Source of the DNA: a virus
Lineage: Duplodnaviria > Caudoviricetes
IMG/VR virus record: IMGVR_UViG_3300014205_006854
Span: 7,269-71,268 of that record
Length of the DNA: 64,000 nt
Strand: one strand, 5' to 3'
Within the stretch, counting starts at the first letter, position 1; each line of letters opens with the position of its first letter. The notes below the pieces were generated by a model that saw nothing but the letters and a program-made list of their open reading frames with translations, did no database searches and had not been told where the DNA came from. The translations under genes were made by a program, and so were the position numbers. This document shows positions 39,235 through 49,579 of this stretch, piece by piece.

Positions 39235-40698
39235 TTATTCAAATGATATACTATCTAGATTATCATTTTGTAACTTTTTCAATCCCATTTTTCGCTTTAA
39301 CATTATCTTTTGTGCATTTTCTTTTATTCTACGTTGCTGTTCTTTTTTCTCTTCCAAAATATCTCTGGCTTCAATATTTATTTCTTTCTTCTCCGCTGCC
39401 TTAACTACATTTTGATATTCATCTTCTGTTTCATCAAATACAGATTCATCTACCAAACCAACTTCAATATCTTCATCTTGTTCTTTTATTGATTCACCCT
39501 TATCATCTCTAACAATATCTTTTTTAATAGGTAATGGTTTATCTTTAGATTTATTTTGTAATGATTGTTGATACTCTAATGCCTTTTGTTCTATGTCTAT
39601 TTTTTCATTCATTGTTTCATCAAAAACTAATTTTTTAACATCTATTTTTAATTCAGAAAAAGCTTTATCATTTATGATATCTTCATAGCTAACATTTTCA
39701 TGATAAAATCCTGCTTGTTTAGAAGAATTAACTATTTTTTCATTTGTTTCATCATCACCTACAATAATTTCAGCTTTACTTAATGTTACATTCAAATTTT
39801 CTTCTTCATCAACTTCAGTTCTTTTTGCTTTAAAATATCTAGCAATTTCAACTTCAGTTCTTTTCTTCAATAAATTTTTCTTTAATGCTCTTTTTAAATA
39901 GTTAATAATAGCTAAATCATGATCATCTAATTTTTTTCCAGATACTTCATCAATCATAACTTGATTAACTCTATCAGCATATTGTTGTTTTGTTTCACCT
40001 TCTTTTCTCTTAAACTGATTAGCAATATTAGCACCTAAATCAACTAATCCTTCACTAGTTTTTTCTTCACCATTTTCATCAAATTCTTCATTATCTGTAT
40101 CAAACTTTTTACTAACAGACATTGTTCCTTTTACTTTATTGTATGCTTTAGGATTAGTAAAAGCACATACATAACTTGTCATATACTCGAATTTATGCCA
40201 TGAACGTTTCTCATTTTCTATCAAATCTGTTTGTTTATTAATTATAATCCAATAAAATTGAACATCATTCATATTATGAATAAATTCAATATTGTATGTT
40301 GCACCTTGAAAAATATTCCACAAATTTCTAGAATATGAATCTTTAACAAATTCATCTATTTTGTTAATTGCTGAATTTACTCTTATTTCTAGTTGTTCAT
40401 ATTGTTCATATAATTCTACAATAATAGATGGTCTAAATTTTGAAACATATTTTAATGTTTTTGCAAATTCTATTTTATTGCCACAAATTTTACAAAGTGA
40501 TGCTGAAACTATCTCGATCATTAAATTAAAATTATAAATCTTTGGCAAAAATTTATATTTTTCACTTAACTCCAAACGCTCATTTTTTTTCAATGAACGC
40601 ATCGTAACAATTGTAGTATAAAACTCAAATGTATGAGATACATATCCTTCCATAATTAAAGAATACACATCTTCAAACACTTTATCACTTTTCTTCAT
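39235..40698 (-). CDS. Hypothetical protein, possibly tail assembly chaperone-like
   Basis: 487 aa; N-terminal IVTMRSLKKNE chaperone-like pattern, acidic coiled-coil C-terminus; directly after the tube gene. Confidence 0.5.
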   Translation of the reverse strand: MKKSDKVFEDVYSLIMEGYVSHTFEFYTTIVTMRSLKKNERLELSEKYKFLPKIYNFNLMIEIVSASLCKICGNKIEFAKTLKYVSKFRPSIIVELYEQYEQLEIRVNSAINKIDEFVKDSYSRNLWNIFQGATYNIEFIHNMNDVQFYWIIINKQTDLIENEKRSWHKFEYMTSYVCAFTNPKAYNKVKGTMSVSKKFDTDNEEFDENGEEKTSEGLVDLGANIANQFKRKEGETKQQYADRVNQVMIDEVSGKKLDDHDLAIINYLKRALKKNLLKKRTEVEIARYFKAKRTEVDEEENLNVTLSKAEIIVGDDETNEKIVNSSKQAGFYHENVSYEDIINDKAFSELKIDVKKLVFDETMNEKIDIEQKALEYQQSLQNKSKDKPLPIKKDIVRDDKGESIKEQDEDIEVGLVDESVFDETEDEYQNVVKAAEKKEINIEARDILEEKKEQQRRIKENAQKIMLKRKMGLKKLQNDNLDSISFE

Positions 40699-40737
40699 AT
40701 AGTATATGCTAATTTTATATTATAAATACAGAAATAA

Positions 40738-40792
40738 TGTACTCTCCCGAGGACTACAAACTCGGTCTATGAGTACTTGAAGATAGTAGTCT
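40738..40792 (-). ncRNA. K-turn/pseudoknot structured RNA motif, copy 3 of 4
   Basis: AGACUAC-UAUCUUCAA-GUACUC-AUA-GA-CCGAG-UUU-GUAGUC-CUCGG-GA-GAGUAC; compensatory changes in two helices (GUACUC/GAGUAC, GACUAC/GUAGUC). Confidence 0.8.
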
Positions 40793-40800
40793 AAAAAGAT

Positions 40801-40832
40801 ATTTATGGAGAGATTTTACCCTCTCCATAAAT
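40801..40832 (-). terminator. Intrinsic terminator after the tail tube gene
   Basis: Perfect 12-bp stem ATTTATGGAGAG/CTCTCCATAAAT, 8-nt loop, T-runs on both strands. Confidence 0.8.
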
Positions 40833-40840
40833 TTTTTTGA

Positions 40841-41467
40841 TTAGTTCGACAGAGCGAACATTTTGCTTCTATTTACTTCATTGATTGCATCATCAGATTC
40901 ACCATCAAATTCACCAAGAGCGAATACGTTAGTAATCATAAGTGATGTATCTTGAGTTGCTGCTGTATCACCCATATTAAATGATTTAGAATAATCTGTC
41001 ATCCAACAACCTTCATAAGTTGTAAGAATTACTCTTGCACCATCTTCTGATTGAGCTGCACCAGCTTGATAATTAAGAAATGTAGGAATAACTATAGATT
41101 CTTTGACATCAAAAGGCCATCTGTGATGTTTTAAAGATCTCATTAAACCAGAAGAACCAGCTTTATATCCAAATACTTGCATAATGTCTTTTAAATACAT
41201 CATCATAATTGAACATGAAGCTTGAAGCTCTGTTAATCCAACACCAAGTTCTGCAATTTGATCTCCAAAACCCATACCTCTATGTGGTTCTACCGATCTA
41301 TTTTGAGTTGGATTCCAACTTTGTAATAAACCAATCTGAGCAGGTGTTGTACCTGTATCTGCATCAATACTAAACAACTTAACCTTCTGTGTATTAAGAA
41401 GTCTGGTATTGGGCGACGTACCTTCACGGTATACATATCCACCGTTATTAGGTTTTTGTGAAGCCAT
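40841..41467 (-). CDS. Tail tube protein
   Basis: 208 aa after the sheath; GLLQSWNPTQNR...IAELGVG...TYEGCWMTDYS; AGGAGG RBS. Confidence 0.85.
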   Translation of the reverse strand: MASQKPNNGGYVYREGTSPNTRLLNTQKVKLFSIDADTGTTPAQIGLLQSWNPTQNRSVEPHRGMGFGDQIAELGVGLTELQASCSIMMMYLKDIMQVFGYKAGSSGLMRSLKHHRWPFDVKESIVIPTFLNYQAGAAQSEDGARVILTTYEGCWMTDYSKSFNMGDTAATQDTSLMITNVFALGEFDGESDDAINEVNRSKMFALSN

Positions 41468-41500
41468 TGTACCTCCTTAAATTACTATTAAGAGAAAAAC

Positions 41501-41523
41501 TGGAGGGGATATTTTCCCCTCCA
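41501..41523 (-). terminator. Hairpin/terminator between sheath and tube genes
   Basis: TGGAGGGGA/TCCCCTCCA 9-bp stem followed by GTTTTTCTCTT on the minus strand. Confidence 0.7.
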
Positions 41524-41529
41524 TATAAC

Positions 41530-44223
41530 TTAGAATTTGATTCTAATATTGAATACAACTTCAATCCAATTTAAACCAACTATTGGACGATAGTAAGCTG
41601 AACATCTAATAAAGTCTGGTTGAGCAGAATCTCTTTCTGCACTTACACCTTTGTAAGCATCAATAATCTGAGCATCTTTTTCAGCTTGTAAAACAGCCGC
41701 TAAAGATGTTTCAACTTCTGATGTCAAATTAGATACAAACTTACGTCCAATATAACCATCCAAAGCTCTTCTGGATTCTTGTTGTGTGTAATCTCTAATA
41801 GTAGTTATGTTCAATTCTCTGGTTAATGTAGATTCCATTCTTGTAGTTAAACAATGTCTAACAACGAATGGTCCACCACCCATAATAACTGTAACACCTT
41901 TTGTTGCAACCATATCCATAGTTGCTTCATCCATTTCTCTAATTAGAGCCTTAAATCCAACAATCTGTTTTCTTGTCATCGGTTCAGCAACATCATAAGC
42001 TGTGCTTACATTCACACCAATTAAAGCTGCTGCTAAGAAAGAACCATCAACAACATTTTGAACAGCTGTTCCATCTGCAGCAATCAATTCTGTAACTGCT
42101 CCATCAGGATAAAGTGCAACCATTCTTTCACTGTTAATAGTTGCTGCATAATTAGCAGCTTCTAAAGGTTCTGTTCCAACTGCAAATCCAAAGAATGAAA
42201 TTCTTTCTCGTCTCATTCTCTTAGATGACATAACATTACAATGTTGACTTGTATATTCAATAACAGATTTTGAAGTTGTTACTGGGAAAATAACTGCTGG
42301 ATTAACTCCACTAACAGGATATTTTAATCTATCTATCACTTCAAAATAAGATTGATCTGCGGCCACTTCTGAATTCGTAGCTCTCTTAGTTTGACAAGTT
42401 ATAAGAACAATTGCTCCATTCATGAATAATATATTGGAAGCAAACACCAAAGGATTCTCAGCAGATAAATCACCATACTCATTAGTTATGTTTTTGAACT
42501 TGGTAAATACTTTGCATTCGTAATTACTTTTGTTATATTCATAAGTAACATAATATGTTTCACCTACTGCTGGCTCTTTACCTGATTTGTCAAATGTAAT
42601 AAGATTTGTAGAATCACCAACACTTGTGTCTTCTGTATTATCTACAATCAAATTCATACCAGGTACACTTGTTATTGGTATTGTACTTGTAACAAATATA
42701 GCATCTTTTGTAACATCAATTTCAAGTGTATCTGCAGCAGCATAAAGAGGATCAGCAGATAATGTAAACATTAATCCTGTAATAGAATCAACATACGTTT
42801 CATCTGTTGTACCAGTTCCTGAAGAACCAGAAACAACAGATGAAGTTACTGTAAATTCAGTATTAGAAGTAAATGTCAATGTTACAGTTTCATCTATTGT
42901 ATATCCTTTAGAAACAGTTGGACCAGTAAACCAATTTGCACCAGTAAAAGATGCACTTGCTACATTTTCTGTGCCAGGTATAGCAATACCTAATTGTCCA
43001 TCTTCTGAAGATATTACTTTATATGTTCCAGAACCAGATGTGCCAGCAACAACAACTTCTATTGTATAAGTATCATCTTCCATTCTTGAACGCCAATAAG
43101 TCACTAATACTGTTGCTCCAATAGCTGGTATAGATTTAAGGTAAATTTTTCCAGTATCACCATCAATTCTTGCAACAGCAACTTGAGTACCATTTACTTT
43201 TACAATAACTTTACTAGTATCTTCAGTTACTAAATCTTTACCATTTCCATCAACAATAGGTGAAAATTTTGTAGTAATTATTTTGTTACTAACTAAAAAC
43301 TGTGAAGAAACATCTTCATTATAAATCTTATCATCAACAGTCTGACCAACAATCTGCGAATCATCTAAAAATTCACTTCCTGTAGTATGTTCATTGATAA
43401 CTAATTTATATCCAGTTCCCCAAACGATAGAATCACCAATTATCGCATAATCCACACTTTCAATATAATCAGCTGTTTCAGGTGAAAGTCCTACTCTAAT
43501 CATCCTTATAGGATCAGAATATGGTAAATCATCTGATGTATTAGCATGTGAATTCCAATAATATGTAACTGTAACTGTATCAGTACTTAGAGGAGCAACA
43601 CTTAAAACAAATGATCCATCAGAACCATTTAAACTTGACACATTAGCTACTGAATTATTTACTTTTACAGTAATATGAATTACATTTGTTGTTGTTTTTC
43701 CCGCATTAGAACCATCTACTATAGGTGCATATGCAGTATAAAATGTTTTATTCACGCCATCTGCTTGAATAGAAATATTCTCATCAACAACTTTCGTATC
43801 AGTCTTTTTATAAAAGTATGTCAATTCAACTAATGAACCATTAGCAGGTGCTAAAGCAAGTGTAATCAATCCTGTTGATCCATTCACTTTTGCAACAATT
43901 ACTTGTGTTCCATCAACTTTTACAACAACATCATTTGGATTGTTTGTAATAGTAGCAGAATTATCCCCTTTTACTAAAGGAAAATTCAATACAGTGAAAG
44001 CTTTAGTAGTTCCATCACCCTGTTTCTTCTCATCTACTTTCTTCTGATCACGTGTTGCAGAACTTCCTCTTGCAATATCATAACCTTCTACTGTTTTTGT
44101 TTCATCAGCGACTCCAATCAATGCTGGAACACGCAGATTACCTAGTAACCCAACAACTGCTGGATCTAACTTGGTCTCTGTGTAAACCCCCGGTGGGCTG
44201 TACTCTTGGAATGGACCGGCCAT
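41530..44223 (-). CDS. Tail sheath protein with inserted beta-sandwich domains
   Basis: YSPPGVYTE start; C-terminal sheath motifs EPMTRKQIVGF, VRHCLTT, ELNITTIRDY, YRPIVGLNWIEVVF. Confidence 0.92.
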   Translation of the reverse strand: MAGPFQEYSPPGVYTETKLDPAVVGLLGNLRVPALIGVADETKTVEGYDIARGSSATRDQKKVDEKKQGDGTTKAFTVLNFPLVKGDNSATITNNPNDVVVKVDGTQVIVAKVNGSTGLITLALAPANGSLVELTYFYKKTDTKVVDENISIQADGVNKTFYTAYAPIVDGSNAGKTTTNVIHITVKVNNSVANVSSLNGSDGSFVLSVAPLSTDTVTVTYYWNSHANTSDDLPYSDPIRMIRVGLSPETADYIESVDYAIIGDSIVWGTGYKLVINEHTTGSEFLDDSQIVGQTVDDKIYNEDVSSQFLVSNKIITTKFSPIVDGNGKDLVTEDTSKVIVKVNGTQVAVARIDGDTGKIYLKSIPAIGATVLVTYWRSRMEDDTYTIEVVVAGTSGSGTYKVISSEDGQLGIAIPGTENVASASFTGANWFTGPTVSKGYTIDETVTLTFTSNTEFTVTSSVVSGSSGTGTTDETYVDSITGLMFTLSADPLYAAADTLEIDVTKDAIFVTSTIPITSVPGMNLIVDNTEDTSVGDSTNLITFDKSGKEPAVGETYYVTYEYNKSNYECKVFTKFKNITNEYGDLSAENPLVFASNILFMNGAIVLITCQTKRATNSEVAADQSYFEVIDRLKYPVSGVNPAVIFPVTTSKSVIEYTSQHCNVMSSKRMRRERISFFGFAVGTEPLEAANYAATINSERMVALYPDGAVTELIAADGTAVQNVVDGSFLAAALIGVNVSTAYDVAEPMTRKQIVGFKALIREMDEATMDMVATKGVTVIMGGGPFVVRHCLTTRMESTLTRELNITTIRDYTQQESRRALDGYIGRKFVSNLTSEVETSLAAVLQAEKDAQIIDAYKGVSAERDSAQPDFIRCSAYYRPIVGLNWIEVVFNIRIKF

Positions 44224-44280
44224 TTTGTAAACTCCTTTTTGTTTGTTTATTTCTTTAGCATCTTAATTTATCTTATCCAT

Positions 44281-45363
44281 CTAAAAACTATTTCTATTAA
44301 CAAAATTATCTATCTTATTTTTCACAACATTAATATTTTTTAATTCATTATCCCAAATAACTAAACAATTTATCTTAGCTAATTTATAATCATCAATTTC
44401 ATCTTGTTCATACTGTTCTTTTGTTCTACCATTAAATCTTTTTTGATGCCAATATAAACCGTTGTATTCTATCACTTTGTCGATATTAAAAATACCATTT
44501 CTAAAATCTTCTGTAACTTTATTCTGAATTTCATACCATTCTTCTAAGCCATTTAATGTTTTAAGATAATCATCATTTTTTATTACTACAAAATCTGGAT
44601 TTCTATAATAACTTGTTTTAAATCTTAAACTTTTACAACCTTTTTTACTACCACCTACATAAACTATGTTTTTAGATAAGCTTTGTAAAATTTGTTCATC
44701 TGCATTTATATTTCTTTGCTTAAAAATAAACGCATCATAATTACATCTACCTTCTTTCCAAGCAGTTTTCATATTAACAGAATTTCTTTTACTTAAAGCT
44801 TCGCTTTCTTTTTTACTAACAACTTGTGCATTAAATATGCGCTTATAATCCTGATTAGAAATTTTATGTATTTTAGTAACATGACTTACTAAAGTTTTTC
44901 TTTTAGCTCCACAAATTTTACATTCAACAAGATCATCTTCTCCTAAACTTTTATGTTCATCTAATTCTAGCTTAACAGTTTTAATAGAATTAGAATGTAT
45001 TTGTTTAATTGCCTCTTCACAACTTATATCAAAATCAAATTTTTCATAAATAGGCATATTTTTCAACAATTTAAAATTTTTAGGTGCTATTCTAATATAT
45101 TGATTCTTTATCTTATTTTTTAATTTTTTCTGTTTCAAACAATATAATCTTAATAAAAATGTTAAATTATGTTCGTACAATTTAAATGAATAATTCAAAT
45201 TTAATAATCTAATAATTTCTTTTTTTGATTTTGATTCAATTATATACCATTTAAATAATTGTTCTTTAGTCGGTTTACAAGTTTTACAAAATATTCTGGC
45301 ATCATCTACATCTTGTGAACCACCACATCTTTTACAAATTTTAGCATTTTTACACATATTCAA
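44281..45363 (-). CDS. Free-standing putative homing endonuclease (Zn-finger plus Vsr/DUF559-like domain)
   Basis: CKRC, CKTC, CKICG..H...H; YRNPDFVV...KVIEYNGLYWH...LVIWDNE. Confidence 0.75.
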   Translation of the reverse strand: MNMCKNAKICKRCGGSQDVDDARIFCKTCKPTKEQLFKWYIIESKSKKEIIRLLNLNYSFKLYEHNLTFLLRLYCLKQKKLKNKIKNQYIRIAPKNFKLLKNMPIYEKFDFDISCEEAIKQIHSNSIKTVKLELDEHKSLGEDDLVECKICGAKRKTLVSHVTKIHKISNQDYKRIFNAQVVSKKESEALSKRNSVNMKTAWKEGRCNYDAFIFKQRNINADEQILQSLSKNIVYVGGSKKGCKSLRFKTSYYRNPDFVVIKNDDYLKTLNGLEEWYEIQNKVTEDFRNGIFNIDKVIEYNGLYWHQKRFNGRTKEQYEQDEIDDYKLAKINCLVIWDNELKNINVVKNKIDNFVNRNSF

Positions 45364-45616
45364 ACAATTTATTTCCGCATGAACAGTTTAGATTAGTTAC
45401 TGGTACAGTATCTTTAGAATATTGATATTCTAATCCACAAGAACATTTTACATGTAGGTATGTATCGCTTGTTGGAGGAACGAATAATTGATCGACATAA
45501 TCAGTTAATTCTTTTTTATTTTGATAATAAGATCCATTTCTTTTTAATACAGCACATTTTTGAGCTGCAAGAGGAACTTTACAATCGATTATGAATGATA
45601 TAACTGGTTTTGTCAT
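45350..45616 (-). CDS. Small Zn-ribbon protein
   Basis: Two CSCG motifs plus an N-terminal Cys pair. Confidence 0.7.
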   Translation of the reverse strand: MTKPVISFIIDCKVPLAAQKCAVLKRNGSYYQNKKELTDYVDQLFVPPTSDTYLHVKCSCGLEYQYSKDTVPVTNLNCSCGNKLFEYV

Positions 45617-45618
45617 AA

Positions 45619-45900
45619 TTATTTTGTATCAGCATTAGCTAATTTTTTTTTCACTTCTTCTTCAACTTGTTTTTGCATTTGTTTTTGTGTGTAGTCTGCA
45701 GTGATAGCTTGTATATTACTGTCATATATAAAACTCATTTTTTCAGCTTTTTTCTGTGCTGTTTGATATTCTAGTACAGCGATATCTTTATCAAATTCCA
45801 TCAGTTTCAAGTTGAAAGCTGTTGAGTTATCAACTTGAACTTGAATATCAGGTTGAGTAGTTTCTGGTTTTTTTTCTGTTGTTTCTTTTTCTGCTGACAT
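45619..45900 (-). CDS. Small coiled-coil hypothetical protein
   Basis: 93-aa ORF with AGGAG RBS. Confidence 0.7.
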   Translation of the reverse strand: MSAEKETTEKKPETTQPDIQVQVDNSTAFNLKLMEFDKDIAVLEYQTAQKKAEKMSFIYDSNIQAITADYTQKQMQKQVEEEVKKKLANADTK

Positions 45901-45931
45901 TTTTTGAATCTCCTTTAATTTGTTTTAATTT

Positions 45932-48900
45932 TTATGCATTTAATAAATTTATATATTTCCATGCTTTACTGCCACTGCCATCAAGTGGTATACATATAGC
46001 TAAATATGGATCAGCACCAAAGTCTGAAGACGCATACATCGCACCTATTTCAAATGGTACTCCAGCTGGTGTTGTTGAATCATATGAAGTAGGTATTTTA
46101 ACATATGATATTCCTGAAACAGTTAAATTATTTGTAACTTTAGCTGAACCAGTTACTTTTAATTTAGTCCCATTTTCAAATGCTCCACCAATACCAACAT
46201 CTCTAGTAGCAGAACTTGCTTCTAATACATCACCGCCGCCAGCTTGTAGTAGTAGTTTTGTACTATGTACAGCAATTATACCATAACCAGTATTTCCTAA
46301 AAATAGTCTAGCTAGTTGTCCAGAAGAATTCCAACCTTGTCCTCCGTCAATTAATACTGTACCAGCAACTTGTAAATCTTGAGCAACATTACCACCTGTA
46401 GATGAAAAATTTGTTCCAATTCCTACTCTACCTGCTGTTGTTATTCTTAAATTTGTATTTCCATTATAATTGAAATTTAATTGATTTAAATGATCAACAT
46501 TTGATGCCATATATAAATTGGCAAATCTATTAGTTGGAGAACCCAAATTAGAAGTATTAGAGGTATTACCTAAAAAATTACTTTGAGTTTTTATAGGAAT
46601 TGAAAAAGTAGCTTGAGTATCTAAAAGTTCTAATAATACTACATTTTTTGAAGAAACATAATATCCATCATATGCAGGATCATTTTCATAATAATATTCT
46701 ATTTTTCCTCTATTAGTATTTTGAAATGTTAAGAATGATTGATAACCAGGAGCAAATACACTTGTACCAATATTGATAGTATTGTATGTTAAACTTGTTT
46801 TATCAGGTCCATTACTTCCTAAAATTAAACTTGCATTTCCTGATCCATGTGTTAAATTTACAACTGATTTTGCATCGTACCAAACTTCAAAAGGATTAGT
46901 TGGATTTGCTGTATTGATACCAATTAAATTTGTATTTGTTCCAGTATTGTGTTTGATATATAATGCAGGAGTTTCATTATTAAAGCCTAATTTTATTGCT
47001 TTATTAGCTGATGTAGAATTATGATTATATGCAAGATATAAATAATTTGTACCAGCAGCAGCAGCATTAGTTCCAATACCTATTCCTACATCTGCTCCAG
47101 AACCTAATGTTTGGTTTGCAATCATAAGAGGGTATGTTACAGATGCATATGGTGTTGTTCCAATACCAACATTACCACTAATATTTGTATTACCATTGTC
47201 TAATACAGTAAATTTCTGAACACCTGAACTATTTGCCATATATGTTAAGAATGAAGCACCTACATCACCAATACCTTTAATTTCTAGTCTTGTTGATGCA
47301 CCTGGATCTGTACCTATACCTATATTTCCTAAAGAAACTAGTGGTCCTTGTTCAAATGTATGTTTGGTTGCTCTATATTTCATATTAACATAAGCATTAT
47401 TTGCATCATTTACAGAAGATATAACTGATGCACCAGTACTATCACTCATATGTATGTTTACATTTGTAGTTGCTTTAATATGAAATTTGGCAGCAGGTGT
47501 TGTTCCTATACCAACAGCACCACTATTCATAAATTGAATAATATGTCCAGCATTATTATCAATAACTATTTGTTGATTAGCATCATCATGTCTAATTGCA
47601 AATTTTAATGCTGAACCACTTGTAAAGAAACTGAGATTATTGCTTGCAGTAGCACCAGCAATTCCATCAAAATTTATATTTGTAGAACCTGCTGTTGATT
47701 TTATAGTCATACTTTGATTAAGACTACCAAAAACGTCCAGATTAGAACCTGGATTAGTTGAACCTATACCAATTTTTCCTAATGCATTAATACTTAATCT
47801 TACAACATCAGATGTTGCAAGATGTAAAGCAGCAGCTGAAACATTATTCATAACCAAATCATTATCTAATGCTATGAATCCATCAGTAAATGTTTTTCTA
47901 TAAGAACCTATACCTTGTTGTATTTCAGAAAGTGAATTTCCTGCTGCATTAGAAAACCCAATAGAATTTCTATTATTTGTACTACTATTATATTGAAATT
48001 TTATTCCACAATCTGGACTTGCCATTAAATGTAATAATGCTGCTGCTGATGTTGTTCCAATACCTACATTTTTATTTCCAGAGCCAGTAATAATTAATGC
48101 ATTTCCTGTTCCAGTATTATTTACTTCAATTACGTTTCCAGCACCATTTGCTGTTTTATTTATAATCAATGCTTGTTGATTTTCATCTTGATCTATTTCA
48201 AATTTATCTGTTGTTGTTATTTCTGTATTTACTATTGTTGTTGTACCTGTTACAGATAGATTTCCAGTAATTGTAGTAGTACCAGTACCAGCATGTAAGT
48301 GAATTGCTGATTGTGGAGTTGCAGTTCCTAAACCTATTCTTCCTGCTGCTGTAATAACAATTGTAGATGCTGCTGCTGTTGTATCATCTGTTATTATTAG
48401 TTGATCTGCTGCAGCATTATTTTTTATGCTAAATGTTGCAAGTCCACCTGCTGCAAATGATAAATTGGCTGCTTGTGTAGCTCCAGCAAGACCATCTATA
48501 GAAACATTTGCTGAACCACCTGTAGATTTAATTCTTAAATTTTGATTTGCTGCACCAAATATATCTACATTTGTTAAAGGTACAGATGAACCTATGCCTA
48601 TTTTTCCATCTGTTTGAACTCGCATTTTCTCAGCACCAGCATTTGATAAAATAAAATTACTATTAAAATCTATTGCTGAATTCATATAAAGTGTGCCGAT
48701 TCTATGAGTAGCATCACCTATATCAGAACCTGTTGTAAGCTTAATTGTTGTTGCAGTACCATCATAATACTGTTTCAAACTATTAACATGAATTCTGTGA
48801 TCTACAGTTACCATGCCAGGTGTAATAATAGTTGCAGATCTAGCTATTGCTGCTAATTTAACACATCTGTGAAATATTCCATTAGCATCGGTGAAAGTCC

Positions 48901-49522
48901 ATAAAGCTGTATCAGATAAATTTTGAACTGCAGTTGGATATTTTTGACGAATATCAGAAAAAGCGCCATGTTTAAAAGCTATAATATCTTGAACTTGTCT
49001 AACTCTATTTGCTGTTGGAACACCAAGTCCAGAAACTAATAATGATGTATCTTGATATTCTGAACCAATAACTGGAGCAACCTCAGCAAAATAAAAATCT
49101 AACCATACTGAACCTTGTTCAGTTCCTGATGTCCAAGTATAATCATCTATTAAAGATTTTGTATAATCATCATCAGTTAAAGCACCAGTTGCATCTTGAC
49201 TTTTAAATGTAAAATTAGATTTAGCAAAAAGCATATAACCATCAACAAAAATTATTCCAGCACCATTAACTGAACCATCTCCACCCAATATTAAAAAATC
49301 GCCATCTGCAAGGAAATTTCCAACAATTTTAAATCCATCGTTATATGTTGAACCAGATGGGAAATTAGCGGAAATTAATTGTCTAATAAACTGATCTGAA
49401 ACAGATTGTAATTCCCTAATTTCTGAATCAGCTAAAGCTACGCCCTTTTGAAAATTAAGACGATATCTTTTCGCTGGATTGTATAAATCCGATGAATAAT
49501 TTCCATTATATGGTAGTGACAT
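45932..49522 (-). CDS. Tail fibre protein with DUF4815/DUF6519-like N-terminal domain and ~10 GxxGIGTxxP repeats
   Basis: YNPAKRYRLNFQKGVALADSEIRELQ start; repeated G[KRN][IV]GIG[TS] units; AAGGAG RBS. Confidence 0.75.
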   Translation of the reverse strand: MSLPYNGNYSSDLYNPAKRYRLNFQKGVALADSEIRELQSVSDQFIRQLISANFPSGSTYNDGFKIVGNFLADGDFLILGGDGSVNGAGIIFVDGYMLFAKSNFTFKSQDATGALTDDDYTKSLIDDYTWTSGTEQGSVWLDFYFAEVAPVIGSEYQDTSLLVSGLGVPTANRVRQVQDIIAFKHGAFSDIRQKYPTAVQNLSDTALWTFTDANGIFHRCVKLAAIARSATIITPGMVTVDHRIHVNSLKQYYDGTATTIKLTTGSDIGDATHRIGTLYMNSAIDFNSNFILSNAGAEKMRVQTDGKIGIGSSVPLTNVDIFGAANQNLRIKSTGGSANVSIDGLAGATQAANLSFAAGGLATFSIKNNAAADQLIITDDTTAAASTIVITAAGRIGLGTATPQSAIHLHAGTGTTTITGNLSVTGTTTIVNTEITTTDKFEIDQDENQQALIINKTANGAGNVIEVNNTGTGNALIITGSGNKNVGIGTTSAAALLHLMASPDCGIKFQYNSSTNNRNSIGFSNAAGNSLSEIQQGIGSYRKTFTDGFIALDNDLVMNNVSAAALHLATSDVVRLSINALGKIGIGSTNPGSNLDVFGSLNQSMTIKSTAGSTNINFDGIAGATASNNLSFFTSGSALKFAIRHDDANQQIVIDNNAGHIIQFMNSGAVGIGTTPAAKFHIKATTNVNIHMSDSTGASVISSVNDANNAYVNMKYRATKHTFEQGPLVSLGNIGIGTDPGASTRLEIKGIGDVGASFLTYMANSSGVQKFTVLDNGNTNISGNVGIGTTPYASVTYPLMIANQTLGSGADVGIGIGTNAAAAGTNYLYLAYNHNSTSANKAIKLGFNNETPALYIKHNTGTNTNLIGINTANPTNPFEVWYDAKSVVNLTHGSGNASLILGSNGPDKTSLTYNTINIGTSVFAPGYQSFLTFQNTNRGKIEYYYENDPAYDGYYVSSKNVVLLELLDTQATFSIPIKTQSNFLGNTSNTSNLGSPTNRFANLYMASNVDHLNQLNFNYNGNTNLRITTAGRVGIGTNFSSTGGNVAQDLQVAGTVLIDGGQGWNSSGQLARLFLGNTGYGIIAVHSTKLLLQAGGGDVLEASSATRDVGIGGAFENGTKLKVTGSAKVTNNLTVSGISYVKIPTSYDSTTPAGVPFEIGAMYASSDFGADPYLAICIPLDGSGSKAWKYINLLNA

Positions 49523-49579
49523 CTATAGCTCCTTTACGAACTTTTAAAAACAAAATTTATTAAACTGATTATATTTGAG

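Noticed and set aside
40745-40792. Plus-strand resemblance of the repeated motif to group I intron P7/P3 elements (GACUAC AAA CUCGGUC ... AAGAUAGUAGUC)
   Set aside because: No P4-P6 domain, no P8 hairpin, no interrupted gene; the K-turn and G-U wobble support the opposite strand.
29416-44223. Whole locus as a bacterial eCIS/tailocin rather than a phage
   Set aside because: Neck/head-closure genes, intein, four homing-type endonucleases, phage-type accessory enzymes and a 1085-aa tape measure fit a jumbo phage; no capsid gene lies in the window, so this remains an inference.
44224-44300. 3'-end duplication of the upstream gene after the Vsr-like endonuclease (also checked after the 61943-63013 endonuclease)
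   Set aside because: Only a 3-codon DKL/NKL resemblance in one case and nothing in the other; chance level.
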